This document shows positions 1-14,400 of a DNA stretch of 64,000 nucleotides, in pieces. Every line of letters starts with the position of its first letter. Positions within the stretch are counted from its first letter, which is position 1. The position numbers and the translations under genes are program-made. Source of the DNA: Antedon mediterranea (Eukaryota > Animalia > Echinodermata). The notes under the pieces are model-generated. The model made no database searches. It worked only from the letters and a program-made list of their open reading frames with translations, and was not told the DNA's origin. The stretch lies in assembly GCF_964355755.1 (NCBI RefSeq), contig NC_092675.1, forward strand, positions 17,704,912 to 17,768,911, given 5' to 3'.

Positions 1-311
1 ATCTATCATTTACCATCTATTTTTTAGAACTTTAATGTGCTTTAAAAATGGGTTCTAATTTATGTGATCTTTAATATAGATTAGATAGATTATTTTTAAT
101 ATATATTAAATTATATTTGAACTACGGTGAATTTTGATTTTGCACCCTTACTGTTGAGAATCTATGGTTATGAAAGTAACTACCATTATGCACATCTAAA
201 ATTAAAAAATAAATTGCAAAATTAAGGTTTGTAATTGAAGGGTTCTTGTTTTTTTTTTTTTTTTTTTTTTTTGGTTGCATGTGGTAGGCCTTCTCTATTT
301 CTCATTTGTAG

Positions 312-406
312 GTGGTAATGCCGGGGCAAGTGGTGGATATGGCAAGTGGAATCAAGGTAGTAACCGTGCTGGTCGAGGTGGTGGATATCATCCATATAAT
401 CGTTAA
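312..406 (+). CDS. Last coding exon of an hnRNP D/AB (squid-like) RNA-binding protein; gene starts upstream of the window
   Basis: Acceptor tttgtag at 310-311. Reads GNAGASGGYGKWNQGSNRAGRGGGYHPYNR* (TAA 404-406): Gly-rich, with a GYGK motif and C-terminal PY-NLS like hnRNP D/AB (SGYGK..KPY). DAZAP1/Hrp48 (HPYRR) not excluded. Followed by a 3'UTR intron donor GG|GTAAGT at 433. Confidence 0.7.
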
Positions 407-2803
407 CTGTTTTTAAGGGATAATTTCATGGGGTAAGTTTCCTTAGCATGTATTCCAGTAGATCATTTTTATTCCAATACTGGTCAAAATCCCATAAACA
501 AACCTCTCAATTACAAACTCTTCTTTTTTAAATTAACTTTTTTTTATTTTAACTAATTTTAAACATATTTGATTTACATTCTTTTTACTTGATATTATGG
601 GTGTGGAAATTTGTTCAGCTTGTTATCTTTATGACTTGGATTTTTTTAATGTATTAAAATGGTGGTGTTTATTTCTTTCAGGGTATGATGTACATTATTC
701 AGACTGGAGATAATAGAACAATGGATTGTTCTCTTGCATTGGAACTTGTGATTTAGATGTATTCTACCGGTGAAGGATGAGACCAGTTTATAAAACCGTC
801 CTCTTCACTTCTGATTAAAATAAATTGGGGGAAAAATTTGGACTCTCAGATGAGAAACCTGCATATGATGACAACATGGAGTTGCTGTATAATTGTCAAC
901 CTTTTATTTTCTAACCTTTCCTTCTATTTTTTTTTCTCTAGTCTTGTGGCTTTGATATGTGAATATGTGTTGTTAAATCTGTTATTTTCCTCATTAAAAA
1001 ATAAGTGAATTTCCATGTAATTGGTTAAATAAAGACTTGCATTTTAATAGTTGGCCCTAGGACTAGGTGTAATTGTCTTATTTTGAGTCTTAAATCCAAA
1101 ATCCTCCAAAAAACATAAGAAACAAAGTGCAATCTTAATACTTAACATATTGTCTAATTAATTAACATAACGTTCATTACTTATTTAACAGTTACATTCC
1201 ACAAGATATTTGTTGTACTAAGGATTGAATATGTAAGGCCAAATGGTTTGATAACAAAAGTTAATTATACCAAAACGTTGCCTTTTGTATAAATAATACA
1301 GGCAACTCTTTTAATTTTAGGCACCTTATTGTCATGTACAGTGTTTTATATGAAAATGAAAAGAATGTTTTGATAGAAAAAGAAAAAAATGCTGCATTTG
1401 TCTTCATTCCAGTGTCTCAGGTCTCTTTGAAATTTGACCTAGATAAACAAATTAAGAAAAAATGTTAAGATTAAAATTTGGCATGTTTAATTAACTGGCC
1501 TATAGAGTACATTAGTAGTTTAAAGTATTAGCCAAAGCTGGATTTAAATACAGTATTTGGGAATAGAAGTCCATTCCTTTTATAAAACTTCCCTGTATAT
1601 ACCTCTAGCTTTGTAATAATGTACAATAAAATTCAATCCTTTCTACCTAATAGTAACATGTCCATTAAATTATTGACATGATAAATAATTTACATAAAAA
1701 TAACTAATTTATAAATGATTTACAGATTAAATTATAACAGTATTTCCATAATTACACAATAAACCATTTAAAAGTACTATAATTATAATTCCCAAGACCT
1801 ATAAACAAACAATATTAATTTAACATAAAATACATTGCCAAAATAAATACTGCATAAAAAACTAAACTAGATATTCAAATGGATCCAATAGTTGTACAGT
1901 ACTGCATTTATTAGCAGCTAGTGATGCAGAAATCATGAGTTCATTCATTATATTCAATATGTACAAGATAGATAGCTGGCCTACTTCCTAAATAATCTCT
2001 TACTGTAAAGCACTGCAAGCAGAAATTGCTCATGGGATTTAAACCACATTGTCTTGAAAAGACCATTGTCTAAACCATTTAACTACACAGATGGCTCGAT
2101 GGGTGCTGTTTGCTTTAGCAAATTGTAGTTTGGTCAATTCTTACATAACACCTAATATATATTCAATAAGGTAGCAGAATATAATGAATAATTCATGTGT
2201 TTTGCATCGCTGACATATAAAAAGTATATTAGCTAGCAGCAATTCGTAAGTATTGGATTTGTTTTCAGGTACTGTAATCAATTACTAATTCAACTGGATT
2301 TGTAGACTTGTATTGAGGTGGAATCAACCGTAGTACAGTAAACGTTAGCAGACCAGTAAGTAACTGCTGTACACTATACACTGAATTGTTTTTTCTCGGG
2401 TGAAACAATATGTATATTCTTGGTTGATCTGTCACTCTATGCTGTAAATATTTGTTTCCCATGAGTTGCTCTTGAAATAATGCTGATTATTTTTGGAAGT
2501 TAGATGGATGACTCGAGGGGAAACCATACATAATATGCCAATTGTACTGTTTGGCCTCTCTTCTGCACAGACTCCCTACAAAAAAGAAACCTCTGTCCAT
2601 ACTCTAGTAGAGAGAAGTTTTAAAATTTCAGTACTGTACCTGGTAATTAAATTTAATGAGCAATAAAATCCTTTTTTTTTTATTTAAAACTTTATTTGAC
2701 AAGTGATTTGCAATTGTACCAACAATTTATGTAAACAATTCAAATTGTATAGTGTACTGAAATGTTTTACACTGTGGTGATTTCTGCTAGTTTCAGAATG
2801 TTA

Positions 2804-4274
2804 TCACGAGTACATAGAGTTATGTAAAGCATCTAAATCATCTTCACGTTGCTTTTTCCGGGCCTGAAAAATATAAAGGTACTATACTAGTATATAGTAT
2901 TATACAGAAAAATATAAAAGGTACTATACTAGTATATAGTATTATACAGAAAAATACAAAGGTACTATACTAGTATAATACAGAAAATTGTTTTATTTTA
3001 TGTCTTAAGGCACATGTGGTCAAGGATTACCAAGAATAAATTACACTGTCCTATCAGATAGGTGGTAATCCCCCTGATACAGGGGCTATTTTGTGAACCG
3101 GGTAACCATATGCATCTCAAAAGATAAACTGGGTCCTTATCCAAGAAGACTTGTTCCACCACCAGAATTAGGAGCGAGTCGGGCTTGAACCCATGCCGAT
3201 ATTGTTGGCTATGTAGGTATAACAAACGGTGCCCCTGCATTAACCGCTCAACCATTTGACTCGCTAAATAAATAATATATATAATTGTCATGCTGCTCAA
3301 ACCATTGCTGCACCAACCTTTTCTTTCTTGTATTCTTCATACTTTTCGTCATCTGTTTGTAACTCGTATCTACACACTGGACATGAGTTAGTTTGTGAAA
3401 GCCATGGACATATACAGCTGCAATGAAACTTGTGTTTACATGGTAACAACTTAGCATTTTCTCCTGTTTCAAATGGTAAAAGGCAGATGGGACATTTTGT
3501 TCCTGAAAATAAAAATAGTACTACACGGTGAATTTAGTTGAATTCTGCCGAAAACCGAATTTATTATTATATCTTGGCAAGGTTTGGCAAAATGAGGATG
3601 AAAGCTCTTTCTACACTATAAAAATTATGTGACAAAAAAATGTGAATATATGGACATGATGATGTCATATATTATATCGCACACCACACTTTTCTTGTCA
3701 AGCTAGCTTGATAGTGTAGACAGAGCTTTAGAAATAAATCAATGTGATGTATGTTCAAGAGCTTTCCAACTTGTAATATACTCGCATACCTTCGGACTCT
3801 ACCATGACCTCTTCTAGATTTTCAACAACCTTCTTAGATGCTGGAGGAGCCTTTCTTTCTAATTCCCATGGGAATGGAATCCTAAAAAATGAATACATTT
3901 TTAATATCAATCATCTAATATAGATCATAGATGTGAAATTCTTGGCACCATGCACTAAATATTGTTCACATACCCTTCATATCTTTCTGCAAACTCTCTA
4001 ACATTTGCCATGATAATCCTGTAAAAGCAAAATTTATTAGTGTTAATTTAATTTTGTTTGCTTTTTTTTTTTATGTTTCAGTCTAAAATACAGTAGTGTA
4101 GTAGAGTACAGGTATCGCAATTCAATTTAATAAAGAAAAAAAAAATCCATGACATGAGAAAAAACATTGAAATGAGGTGGAATGTTGGTACCTTGCCCAG
4201 TTGAGGAGAGTTTCTGGTTCTGGTCCATTGTTTCCAGTAGGTTGACAATCGTGCTCATCAAAATATGATGCCAT
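2804..4274 (-). CDS. RNF181: E3 ubiquitin ligase RNF181 (RING-H2), 154 aa, 5 coding exons
   Basis: Exons 4274-4192, 4018-3974, 3881-3790, 3502-3318, 2863-2804 (465 nt, phases consistent, GT-AG). Starts [12 protein letters not shown], has [11 protein letters not shown] and [41 protein letters not shown], ends LHNSMYS*. Confidence 0.95.
2866..2985. repeat. ~41-bp tandem repeat (about 3 copies) abutting the RNF181 last-exon acceptor
   Basis: gaaaaatataaaggtactatactagtatatagtattataca repeated about 3 times. Confidence 0.85.
3090..3264 (-). mobile_element. tRNA-derived SINE, degenerate copy of the 48685-48985 family
   Basis: Minus strand has an A-box-like tggttgagcgg and B-box-like ggttcaagcc. 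Shares gtccttatcc(a/g)agaagact and ccaccagaa with the 48.7-kb copy. Confidence 0.7.
3604..3726. mobile_element. Harbinger/Tourist-like MITE (family A)
   Basis: TIR GCTCT(G/T)TCTACACTAT...ATAGTGTAGACAGAGC. Same family at 14223, 18415, 32848, 32990, 47575, 55301 and 57995; partial copies near 7218, 45453 and 49070. Confidence 0.75.
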
Positions 4275-5078
4275 AATGTAACTGAAAATGAAAATAACAC
4301 AAAATTATTACATACAAAGTTGAACATCATTCGGCATGGTCGAGCTTCAAGTATAGGCTATCCATCCTATAATTAGTACTTTTAATCAAAAAATCGGTAA
4401 TTATAGAATACACCAGGGGGACACACAAGCATTGTTTTAGATGGCCAAGTAAGGTAAAATATACTACTGTAAAAATACAGGCCTATTATATACATTATAC
4501 TAACTCTGGTTGGAAGTTGAGAAGGAGGGGCCGTTTTACTGTACCAACATGGTTTTACTTACTGCAATTATCAATATTCGGTACGTCGCATACCCCTCGG
4601 TATTAAAAGCGGGTTCTTGATAGTTTACTCTATCAATAAACGAACACAAAAGTCGAAAATGTACAGAAGGCACGTTGCAATTTATATCAAAACCAAAATA
4701 TTTTGTGCAATAAAGAATGACTTTGTTATTTTGTTGTGAATGCATGAGCAGACATGTGTGACCTTTGTCCTTTCGACGAATCCATTTTTCCAAAGGAAAT
4801 ATATATTGAATTAAAATGATAATATTTATAGGCGTATATATTTTTATATTGTAAGAAAAACCAATATTTGATTAAAAAATATATATTGAATTTTAAGATA
4901 CAAACATTGTTTATTATTTATTTATTATTAAAGTTATGGTTAATAAATATATAAGCTACACATGCCATCTTATAAAATGTACAAACCCAGGCCAAGTACT
5001 CTCTCCCTCTCTGAACATTAATCCATGCTCTGAATGAATAGTCACGAGTTGCGGGAAACAACAACCAACCGATTATAA

Positions 5079-7969
5079 ATGGCTGGTGTGGATAGTTCAG
5101 AAGAATTGGCAATACCCTCAGCCGTTTCATCAGATAAATTACAAAGAAGTGATGATTCTCAATTAGAGCCAGGGGATGGGGTTGCGACCACCACAAGAAA
5201 CCTATCAGAAGGTAATTTAAATTAAACGATTGAATTATCTTCTCTATCTTGGCTAGTTTATAGTAGAGTACCAGGGAGTTGTTATTAAACAACTCCAGTG
5301 CCTAGCTAGTAGTTAGAGTAGTATAGTACTGTAGTAGTATAGATTAGTAGTAGTAGGCTAGGACAGGCTGTCAGGTAGTAGTCCTACCTACTACTATTCT
5401 AGCAAGTAGGCCTAGTAGGCCTAGCCCTAGCTAGCTAGGTAGGAGGTCTAGGCCTCCTAGCAGTAGTGTAGAGTAGGCCTACTAGAGGAATAGCATGACC
5501 ATTATTTATACATAATACTAGGCCTAATAGGTGGGGTGGTTTACGATAAAATCGGTCGCGTCTGAAATCGGTCGCGCTTGAAATCGGTCGCGATAAAATC
5601 AACTTCCGGTATTTTGTATGGCGCTCTGCTAGAGCTATACGTTTGATAATATCGTTCGCGTTTGATATCGGTCGTGTTTGAAATCGGTTGCGCTATTTTG
5701 TATGGAGCGAGATACATGCTAACGGGGTACACATTTTCTTCGTTTATATAGTCTAGATTTAATTGATATTTTTTAGAAACTAGATTTATGTGGCGATTTT
5801 TTATTTTGGTTAATAAATATTTATTATCATTTTTTTTTTATTTCACAGGTCATGGAGAAGGACTGTGTCTATTATTATGCAAATAATTACGTAAAAGAGA
5901 ACAATTTATTAAAAAACAATAATTGTTACAATGTATAGCCCGTAATACTTAATGCATACTGTGGAAGATATATCATATCCATGTCGTTGGAGGATCACCT
6001 TATTTCAATTTCTATTTTATTTATGTCCGTACGGTATGTAGGGTAATATTAAGTATATAATGATTATTGTTGAGGCAAATCATGTGTATATTTTTATTTC
6101 TAATGTTTAGGCCTAAAATAGATTCTAGTAAAAATGATTATTATATGCGGATCGTTAAAAAGCGAGTTACTGAAATAAACCCCAAAATAAGCCATATCGA
6201 ACGTAAAAATCATCGTCATACATAATCTTCCTTTATTGCATAAACCTCATTGAGCTGGTATCCACTTGCAGGTATAGAACTAGTTTCGTAATTAACTGTG
6301 ATTAAAAAATACGCAATAGGCGCGTCTACTTGTTTAATATTAAATTATTTCAAAATTTTCAAAACTTTAAACAGTAGCATGCTAATCTTTTCAAAAACTT
6401 AAACAATATTCAATAAAACTTTTTAAAACGATTTTCTAAACGAACACATTACAATTATTCATTGACACCTATGAAAACACAAATTATTTATAAATAATGA
6501 GATAAATATTTATATTTACTGTACTGTACGATCTAAGTAAAAAAAATGTTAATAGTATTAGAAATTCTATATTCAAAATTAACTAAAAACATACTAATTA
6601 GCGACCGATTTCAAACGCGACCGCTTTTATCTGACACCGATGGGACCAGGCCCTAGCTCCAGGTACTTTTAAAATTAAGTTTTTGTTGTTTCAGTATGTT
6701 TTTGTTAACTTTAATCAAATGTTTTTATACATACACTACAGTAGTAGTATGGGGAGTAGCCTAGTGGTATATTAGCATATCACGTACTGTAATTTGTACA
6801 ATTAAGTATATTAATCTATGTAATATTTTTTTTACAGTGGTTGATGATGCATCTGATGCCCTAGAAGAAACCAAAGAACCAGACTTAAAGGAATTAAGTC
6901 ATGACATGTTTGCTAAAGCTGCAATCTACCTCCGAGGAGATCTTGCAGGTAGATACATTATCTATCTTACAAACAACAATGTTTATTGTATGAAAATATA
7001 AAATGCCATGTGCATTCATCATGCATTTGAAAAAGAAGAGTTTCATATTATATACGTTTCATTTTTTATTTTATTTTCATTTCAGCTACAGCAGATGACT
7101 ACAAACTTTTAGAGAAGATGAACATTGCAACTTCTAAAAAGTACAGTCAAATGAAAGATTTTGGAGTAGACATACATAGAGCATTGTCTGATTTAAATGA
7201 GAAATGTAAGTATATAAAGCTCTGACTACACTAGTTTGACCAAAAATGTGTGATGTCCATATATGGGCACAACATATTTTTTTGTCACAAAACATTGGAG
7301 CAGTCATGCACTGCCACTCAATATTCTACTTGTGTTCCTAATTAAGAATTAAATACTGAAATATTAGCCAATGACATTACAATCATGTTGTATTGAAAGT
7401 AAAAATTGTTTCAATGCTGAAAACTGAATTCTACCAAATAACTTTGATTCAATACAATAGTTGTATTGAATAAATCTAAAGCGCAATATTGTTTCTGATT
7501 TTCAGATAGAAATCTTCAACCTTTCTTAGACCAAATAGATCAGGTGGAAGAGAGCGTAGGCAACCTAGAACAGGCTGCTTATAGGCTTGATGCATATTCC
7601 AGAAGGTTAGGTAAGGGATGCTAACTATTGTTATGCACTTGTCAATTGTATGATCCACGATCGAAGTGCATCGTTTGTCATCTTTTGAATACTTTGATGC
7701 ACCTGTGTGTCAAAAAAATGATTTACTTATTATAGGTGACCATGACGCACACCCATTTTTATGTCAATAATTATTTGTAAATGCACATTTATTTATCCCC
7801 GGGGTCCTATAGTGGGTCATACAATTCACAAGTACATTAGTTGTTTAATGAATGCTTCTCACATATTTCTTTACTATTAATATTTTGTAAGATAGTGTGC
7901 AAATTATATATGTTTGTGAGTGTGTTTTTTTTTTCAGAATTAAAATTCAAGCAACTTGAAAAAAGGTGA
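5079..7969 (+). CDS. BLOC1S2: Biogenesis of lysosome-related organelles complex 1 subunit 2 (BLOC-1/BORC)
   Basis: Exons 5079-5211, 6838-6948, 7086-7205, 7506-7610, 7938-7969. Sequence [32 protein letters not shown]...[42 protein letters not shown] matches BLOC1S2. Exon 1 was assigned by ATG, donor and phase only. Confidence 0.93.
5538..6638. mobile_element. Non-autonomous TIR DNA transposon in BLOC1S2 intron 1
   Basis: ~38-bp TIRs: left ggtttacgataaaatcggtcgcgtctgaaatcggtcgc vs reverse complement of right ggtgtcagataaaagcggtcgcgtttgaaatcggtcgc. Subterminal AAATCGGTCGCG repeats; no clear TSD. Confidence 0.7.
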
Positions 7970-9349
7970 AGTACATCAAAATGGGAAATTACAAACTGTT
8001 TTAGTTCTTGAAATGGTGGATATGGTTACGACTGAGTGTTCAATCAAATACGAAGCTGTATTTTTATGAATAACATCATCACATTAATTGGCTCTCCTGG
8101 AGAGGGCTGGAATTTACTGCCATCTCAATCATAAGAAAACTGAGAATGCCGGCTTGTGTTTTTCAGTACGGCTGTATAATAAGAATCTAATGGATGCAAT
8201 CCACGACGATAATTCAACGGAAAAAATACCAACAAGTGTGAGCCTTCAAATAATAAGCCTTCGTTAATGTGTGTGTACAATTCATAAACATTTATGAATC
8301 ACCTACCGTTAATGTAATTATGTTAACAATTTAGAATATCCAGATGCGACTTCAATGTTTAGAGTTAGTTTTAGGTGGTGCCTGGTCACCGTCTAAGAGG
8401 CCTAGCTAGCTAGCCTAGGCCCTATACTAGTATACTGTAGCCTGCCCGCCGGAGTAGAGACGGCTATTCGCTGTATGTGACCGGCGGGGGACATTTTGAA
8501 AAAATAACTACTCAGTGAGACCAACAAGAAGGGAGCAGCAGGCAGGCTTGACTTTATTTTAGTAGTAGTAGTAGGGTATGTTTAGAACAACATAACATAA
8601 AATAATGATTTTATTTAATATGTTTTATGGTGCCTCGCACTTTTGGTACAATAGTGCAGTTACACTTCGTACTGACTCGCTTGAATTGCAATTAACATTG
8701 TCACGTAAGCCGTTGACTCCACTGAATCCATGGCTTGCAATTTGTCAATAATAATAATGGAAATTTGTAAAGCGCAAGCATCTGTCTGAAAAAAAAGACG
8801 CTCAATATAATGGATGTGGATTGAATTAGAATGCATTGACACAGCTGTGAATATTTGAAAATATAGACCTTGGCTACTGGACACTGTCTTATTGGAATTT
8901 TGTTGTACTTTTAATATAAATCAAATAAGTTTTATGCTTACCTACTACAATTCTAATCCAATTGATATATTTTTGCAGTATACATAGGCCCTACATACAA
9001 TATTAATAATATATATACTGCACATTCATGCAGCTTGATTCATCAATTACTTCTATTAGTAGGGGTAAATCATAGTGATATAGTAATATCTCTATAGGCT
9101 AATACATGTGGTGGTTTAAAAATAAATAAATGCTATATTAAATTAGAGTATATTGTGATTTTAGGCATATTAATTGACCAGAATATAGTAAATATTTTAT
9201 TGTTTATTTTACAGTAAAAATCACATGATTGTTTAATCATAATACTGTAGTGATAAATTAAAATTAAATATATGGATAACAAAAATTATTCAGCCATCAT
9301 CAGTATTATATAAAGTTAAGTGTCCATTCACACATGTTTTACGTTTATA

Positions 9350-9600
9350 ATATAACACGCATGCGTAGATTGTATCTGAAGAAAAACGTCAACGAGAGAA
9401 AAATCGACGAGTGTGTTTTTTAGCCGGAGAGTCGGGAAAAGGCAGTTTGTTCCTCCTATTCTTCTGTTGGTAAGTGAAATTGTTTGTTTATTATATTTAT
9501 AGGCGTAGATTATTACTCTTTAATAATCTGAAAACATTTTTACCCTAAACGGAATTTAACAACGTGTACTAACTGAAATATAACCGGAAGTCAAAACAGC
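9350..9600 (+). promoter_or_regulatory. Probable NCOA4 promoter and non-coding first exon (ends 9469)
   Basis: CpG-enriched patch; NRF1-like acgcatgcgt (~9357-9366); strong donor TTG|GTAAGT at 9470; ETS-like ccggaagt ~9584. Confidence 0.5.
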
Positions 9601-10716
9601 CCACCGGCCCACTAACTACTACTAGCCTAGGCTACCACCACCACCGCAACCATTGTGTTCTTGATTTGATGTGGCGCAGCAGCGAGGAGAGAGGACGAAC
9701 TAAGCCTTCTGTTCAAGGTCTTTAAAAAACACTAGGCTAGCCTAGGACTGCGTAAAAGTCTAGGCCTAGGCCTAGATGCAAAATTAATTAAGTGTTATTT
9801 AATCTGTCTTAAATAAGCTATTTAATAGTATTACTTCTTGGGTAAAAGGTCTAGTAGTAAAATTTGAGTAAAGTTATTAACAATAACAGAACAGAGTAGA
9901 TAGGAATGCAAACAAAATTACTGGTGTCGAGATTAAAGATATCACACAAATTTGTAATGATGAAATGATATCTAAATTAAATAGTATTTTAGCTAATGAA
10001 TCTCATATTCTCAATAATAAGTTAGTAGTAGTTACCAGATATGGAAGATTAACAACAATCCAGTTAAAACAAATAGGCCTCGGCTAGACATAAACTTTCA
10101 TTCTTAACTAGGAAGAAAATAGTTGTAGTCACCCCCGTGTCCTTTGAGTGCGATCAATGCCTATAAAAGAATACTTTACTATTTGTAGATCAAAGAAATA
10201 TCAATCAGTGCTATACTGTAGCAAGGGTATTGCTAAACAGTGCCAAACCTCCAAACCACTGAAATACTGATTATATCATGACTAAAACTATATGAATTAG
10301 ATGAAATTATTGTAAAATTACATTTAAAGTGCTGATCTGAGTCATTTATACATCATATAATATATATGATCATAATCCCAAAATAAGCATATTATATTTT
10401 ACAATTGACAGTTAAATGCAAGATTGAATCATAAACCATGGAGTAACTGACTCTCTAAAATATTCCATTATAAAGTACTACTAAAGGGCATGTGGTAGCA
10501 TTATGTGTATAGTGTTGTGTGGTGCGTGTTTAGTGGGACTGTAATAAAGGCATCCTGGATCAGGAAGGGAGTTGCTATACTTTAGTATCCAGGAAAAGTA
10601 CTTCCTTACAATACCAATTAACAAAGCAATCATAAGTCAATGTTAATCTTGATATTTTTTTAACACTTGCCATGTCATTCTGAGTTTACTGAAAAATAAT
10701 AATACCTAAGCTTATC

Positions 10717-10850
10717 TGGAGGTCGTGAGTTCGAGTCCCACCTGAGAACTACTTGCAAATTTTTTCGCAAGTATTCTCAAATGTACTTAGTAAAGTACAA
10801 ATTACGTCAGAGTAGGGCAAAACATCTGACCAAAAGCTGATCCCTAACGT
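10717..10850 (+). mobile_element. tRNA-derived SINE fragment
   Basis: ggaggtcgtgagttcgagtcccacc resembles a tRNA T-arm/B-box but has no complete cloverleaf. Confidence 0.4.
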
Positions 10851-11494
10851 TTTTGAGATTTGTTAAGTTGATTTGTTTTGTTACACAGTACTGTAGTTCA
10901 GTTACTTTAGTAATGTTTAAATGACTAAGTTATACACTGTTTTTATATTGTAAAATGAATTATCTTTTGTATACAATGTTTAGCGTACTGTACATAGAGA
11001 AATCTTGTTTGCTAGTACTGCTACTAGCAACAAAATTGCTCCATGTACTAATAATAGACTTTTGTACCAGGATGAACAACGCACAGACACAATCCATCTG
11101 GCCTTGACATGGGTGAAATATTATAACAACAACATGAATGGATTTAGTTTCCAAACCATGATAAAATAAACATAATTGTTGTCTCAAAATAACTAATCAC
11201 TGATCACAGCTCACTGGATCAGCACAATAAAATAACATATATTTTTTAGTGGGCTTCCTTTTTCTATCACTACTGTATACAAAGGCCTTTTACCAGCCTT
11301 CTGTATAAGGTAATTCAAAATTCAAGTACTATAAATGTACCCATATGTTCAATGTTTCAAAATAAATTGTTAAAAACATAGAGGCTAATACTATACAGTA
11401 TATAATTAATGTATTGATAAGGTGTGAAGAATATTGATAATTTGATTGATTTTATTGTTTTATTACCAGTCTTCTACTACTGCTGTTGTTGACA

Positions 11495-14400
11495 ATGAAC
11501 TCCACTGATTCTCTTGATGTGTTGAAAGTCCAAGTCACTCATTTGCAAGATTTATCTGAAAAAATCCATATTGTGAAAAAACAATTGCAGAAAAACAGCA
11601 TTGAGGTAATTTTGTATATGTTATTAATTATTATAGTTGTATTGTTGTTGTATAATTATTAACTTTAATACAATCACTGATCTAGAGTACTGTTTGTCCT
11701 AAACCAAGACTCGGACTTGGACAACTCTTGTTGATATGTAGACACCCTACCATTAAACCACTTCATCTGTCATTTGAATTCTGACTGGGTAGTTCAAATT
11801 ATTTTCACTGCATTTGAATTCTGATTGGGTAGTTCAAATTCTTTTCACTGCATTTGAATTCTGATTGGATAGTTCAAATTCATGTCTATGTGATTTGTAA
11901 TTTTAGGCCAAAGGAGAGGTGCACACAGGCATCAGTCGGCAGTTAGAGGCTCTCAGATCACGTGAGTTATGGCTGGTAGACCAAGTCGATACCATTCAAA
12001 ATGTCAAAGAAGATATTCTAAATGAACAACTTAGCTGTATATACCATGAACTAGGTGTTGCTGAGACACTGCTTTCCTCTGCTGGTGGTAGTGGTACGCA
12101 TCAAACTGTGCAGTTTCAGCAACAGCTAGACACTGCAATTGCAAAGTAAGTAAAAGTAATACTCTCAATTTCTACAGTAAGATAGTGCAGTAATCAGTAT
12201 ATAGTGCTCAGTAACTGTTAATAAAGTCATAATGTCTGGTTCTGCCCATCCCTTGCATAGTTCGTTTGTTATGTGCAGATCTGGTAGACTACTTCATCCT
12301 TTGACAAAAACAAATAGGTTTAACAACTCCTTTATTCCCTCCTCAATTCGTCTCTTTAACAAACAATTTGTAAGATAATTACTTTTAATTAACTGTACAT
12401 AGGCCTACAATGTATTTGACTTATATCGAATTGTATTGATGTTTTTACATGGTTTTTTATTACGAATTTAACGGGAAACTGAGTCTCACATTTTATAATT
12501 ATTATGTGACAATAAAGTGTATCTATGTCTATGTCTATCAATATACTGTTATTATTTCATAATGTGTAAGATGAAGTATTTAAATATGCAACCACTCTCT
12601 AAGCTTAATAAATCACAAATATAACATTACTTTTCAGTGACCCTAATTTGAATATTATTTTAAATATCAAGTATCTCTTTTAGTTTGGAACAGCTAAGTT
12701 TTGAACCAAGTGAAGATGGTGATATTTATTTCAATTCCGAGCATAATAAACTGAAAAATGCGATTCATGGATTTGGTCACATACAATCAAACAAGAGGTG
12801 CTTTGTTGACATACAGGGCACCAATAAAAGGATGCGCACATCTGATGTTGGAGAATTGGATGATTTAGACCATGGCTTAACAGAACCATCAAAGATGGAA
12901 GACAAACAAATGGTAATATGACAATAGTCTTGTTACATATCTTACTGTACTTATATCAATGGATGATTTAAAACAAATTATTATAAGACTCTCCCAAAAC
13001 TGGTCTTTTCTTAAGATCCAACTGATTCAAAATCTTTGTTTACCATTAAAACACACATTTGGAATACCAGACTTTCCAGAAAACCAGACATATTAAGGGA
13101 AGTTGACTGTAGTTAAAGTGTGTAGGCTCTAACAGCAACTAAAAACAGCCATGTGAATTCCCTACAGCCTATTATCCATATAAATAATTCTGCATAATAA
13201 TTAATCATCACCATATTTTGTGGATGTATATGTTTAATTCATCAAATCAGAAGTCAGAAAAACTTATTACTGATATAATTATTCTTAAACATCTGTTATT
13301 ATAGGATCATGTGTCTGGCGTACCATTTTCTGATCTGAAATGGTTAACCAAGATACCAAGCCATTCATCAGGCAAGTCCTATAGTGATGTGCTCTTCCCT
13401 CCGTTCAGGATGCACCAATCAGTATCAACATGGCTTCACGATATTGAGGGAGTACAAAAGATGGATGAAAACCGACAGTGTATCAGTATGTACAGTTAAT
13501 TTTTGCATACCTTAATTTTTGTCTTTCAATAGATTTGTAAGAACGAAAAAACTAGCTTCAAATCTGTATATCTAGATAAAGTTATCAGCACCTATTAACC
13601 TTAATAGGTGTCTCTTAAATAGGTGTTGGCTGTAGTGTTAAAATATATATATCACAATGTTTGCTTCACAGGGAAGTGTCCCCTTAAGCTTAAACAAGGA
13701 CGTAGATGCAATTCAAGCAAGTTGACCAATCACACGTGCCTGTTTGAATAATCTATCACTTGTGATTGGTCACATTACTTGGCATTGCGTTATGTCACAT
13801 TCTTGAGCTGCATCCTAGTGGGAACCAAGCTTTAAAAGGAATATCCCTTTATTTATAGGGGTGTCTGAAAGAAGGTTTTTACTATGTTTGTTTTCTTATT
13901 TATTAATATTAGCCAATAATAAAATGTAAGTTTTACAAAGCTTAATCAAAAGTGTTATTTATTATAGATGACCATGAAATGAGTGATTTTGAATGTGCCC
14001 CCGACCAGGAAACCGAATTACCAGCAGTGCACCCATACTTTGACAAAATACTAACCTCTCCTATCAAGGAATGGCTTCTGAACTCAAGACTAATTCAACA
14101 TGAGTATGAGAAAGGAATGAGACACTTCAGGTAATATATGTTATATTAAAAATATAGCAATTTGTTGTGCTGTAGAATGAATTGGAAGAAACCATTGCAT
14201 TAGTTGAAATTTGGTCTCTTAACCTCTGTCTACACTATCAAATTAGTTTGACAAAAAAAGTGTGATGTGCCTAAATATGGTAGTGATAGGCCCAAATATG
14301 GTAGTGAAATGTCCAAATATGGTAGTGATATGACATCATCATGTCCATATATGGGCACATCACATTTAGTTTGATAGTGTAGACAGAGCTTAAAAGATAT

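Noticed and set aside
4918-5292. 124-aa minus-strand ORF
   Set aside because: Antisense shadow of BLOC1S2 exon 1 and its promoter.
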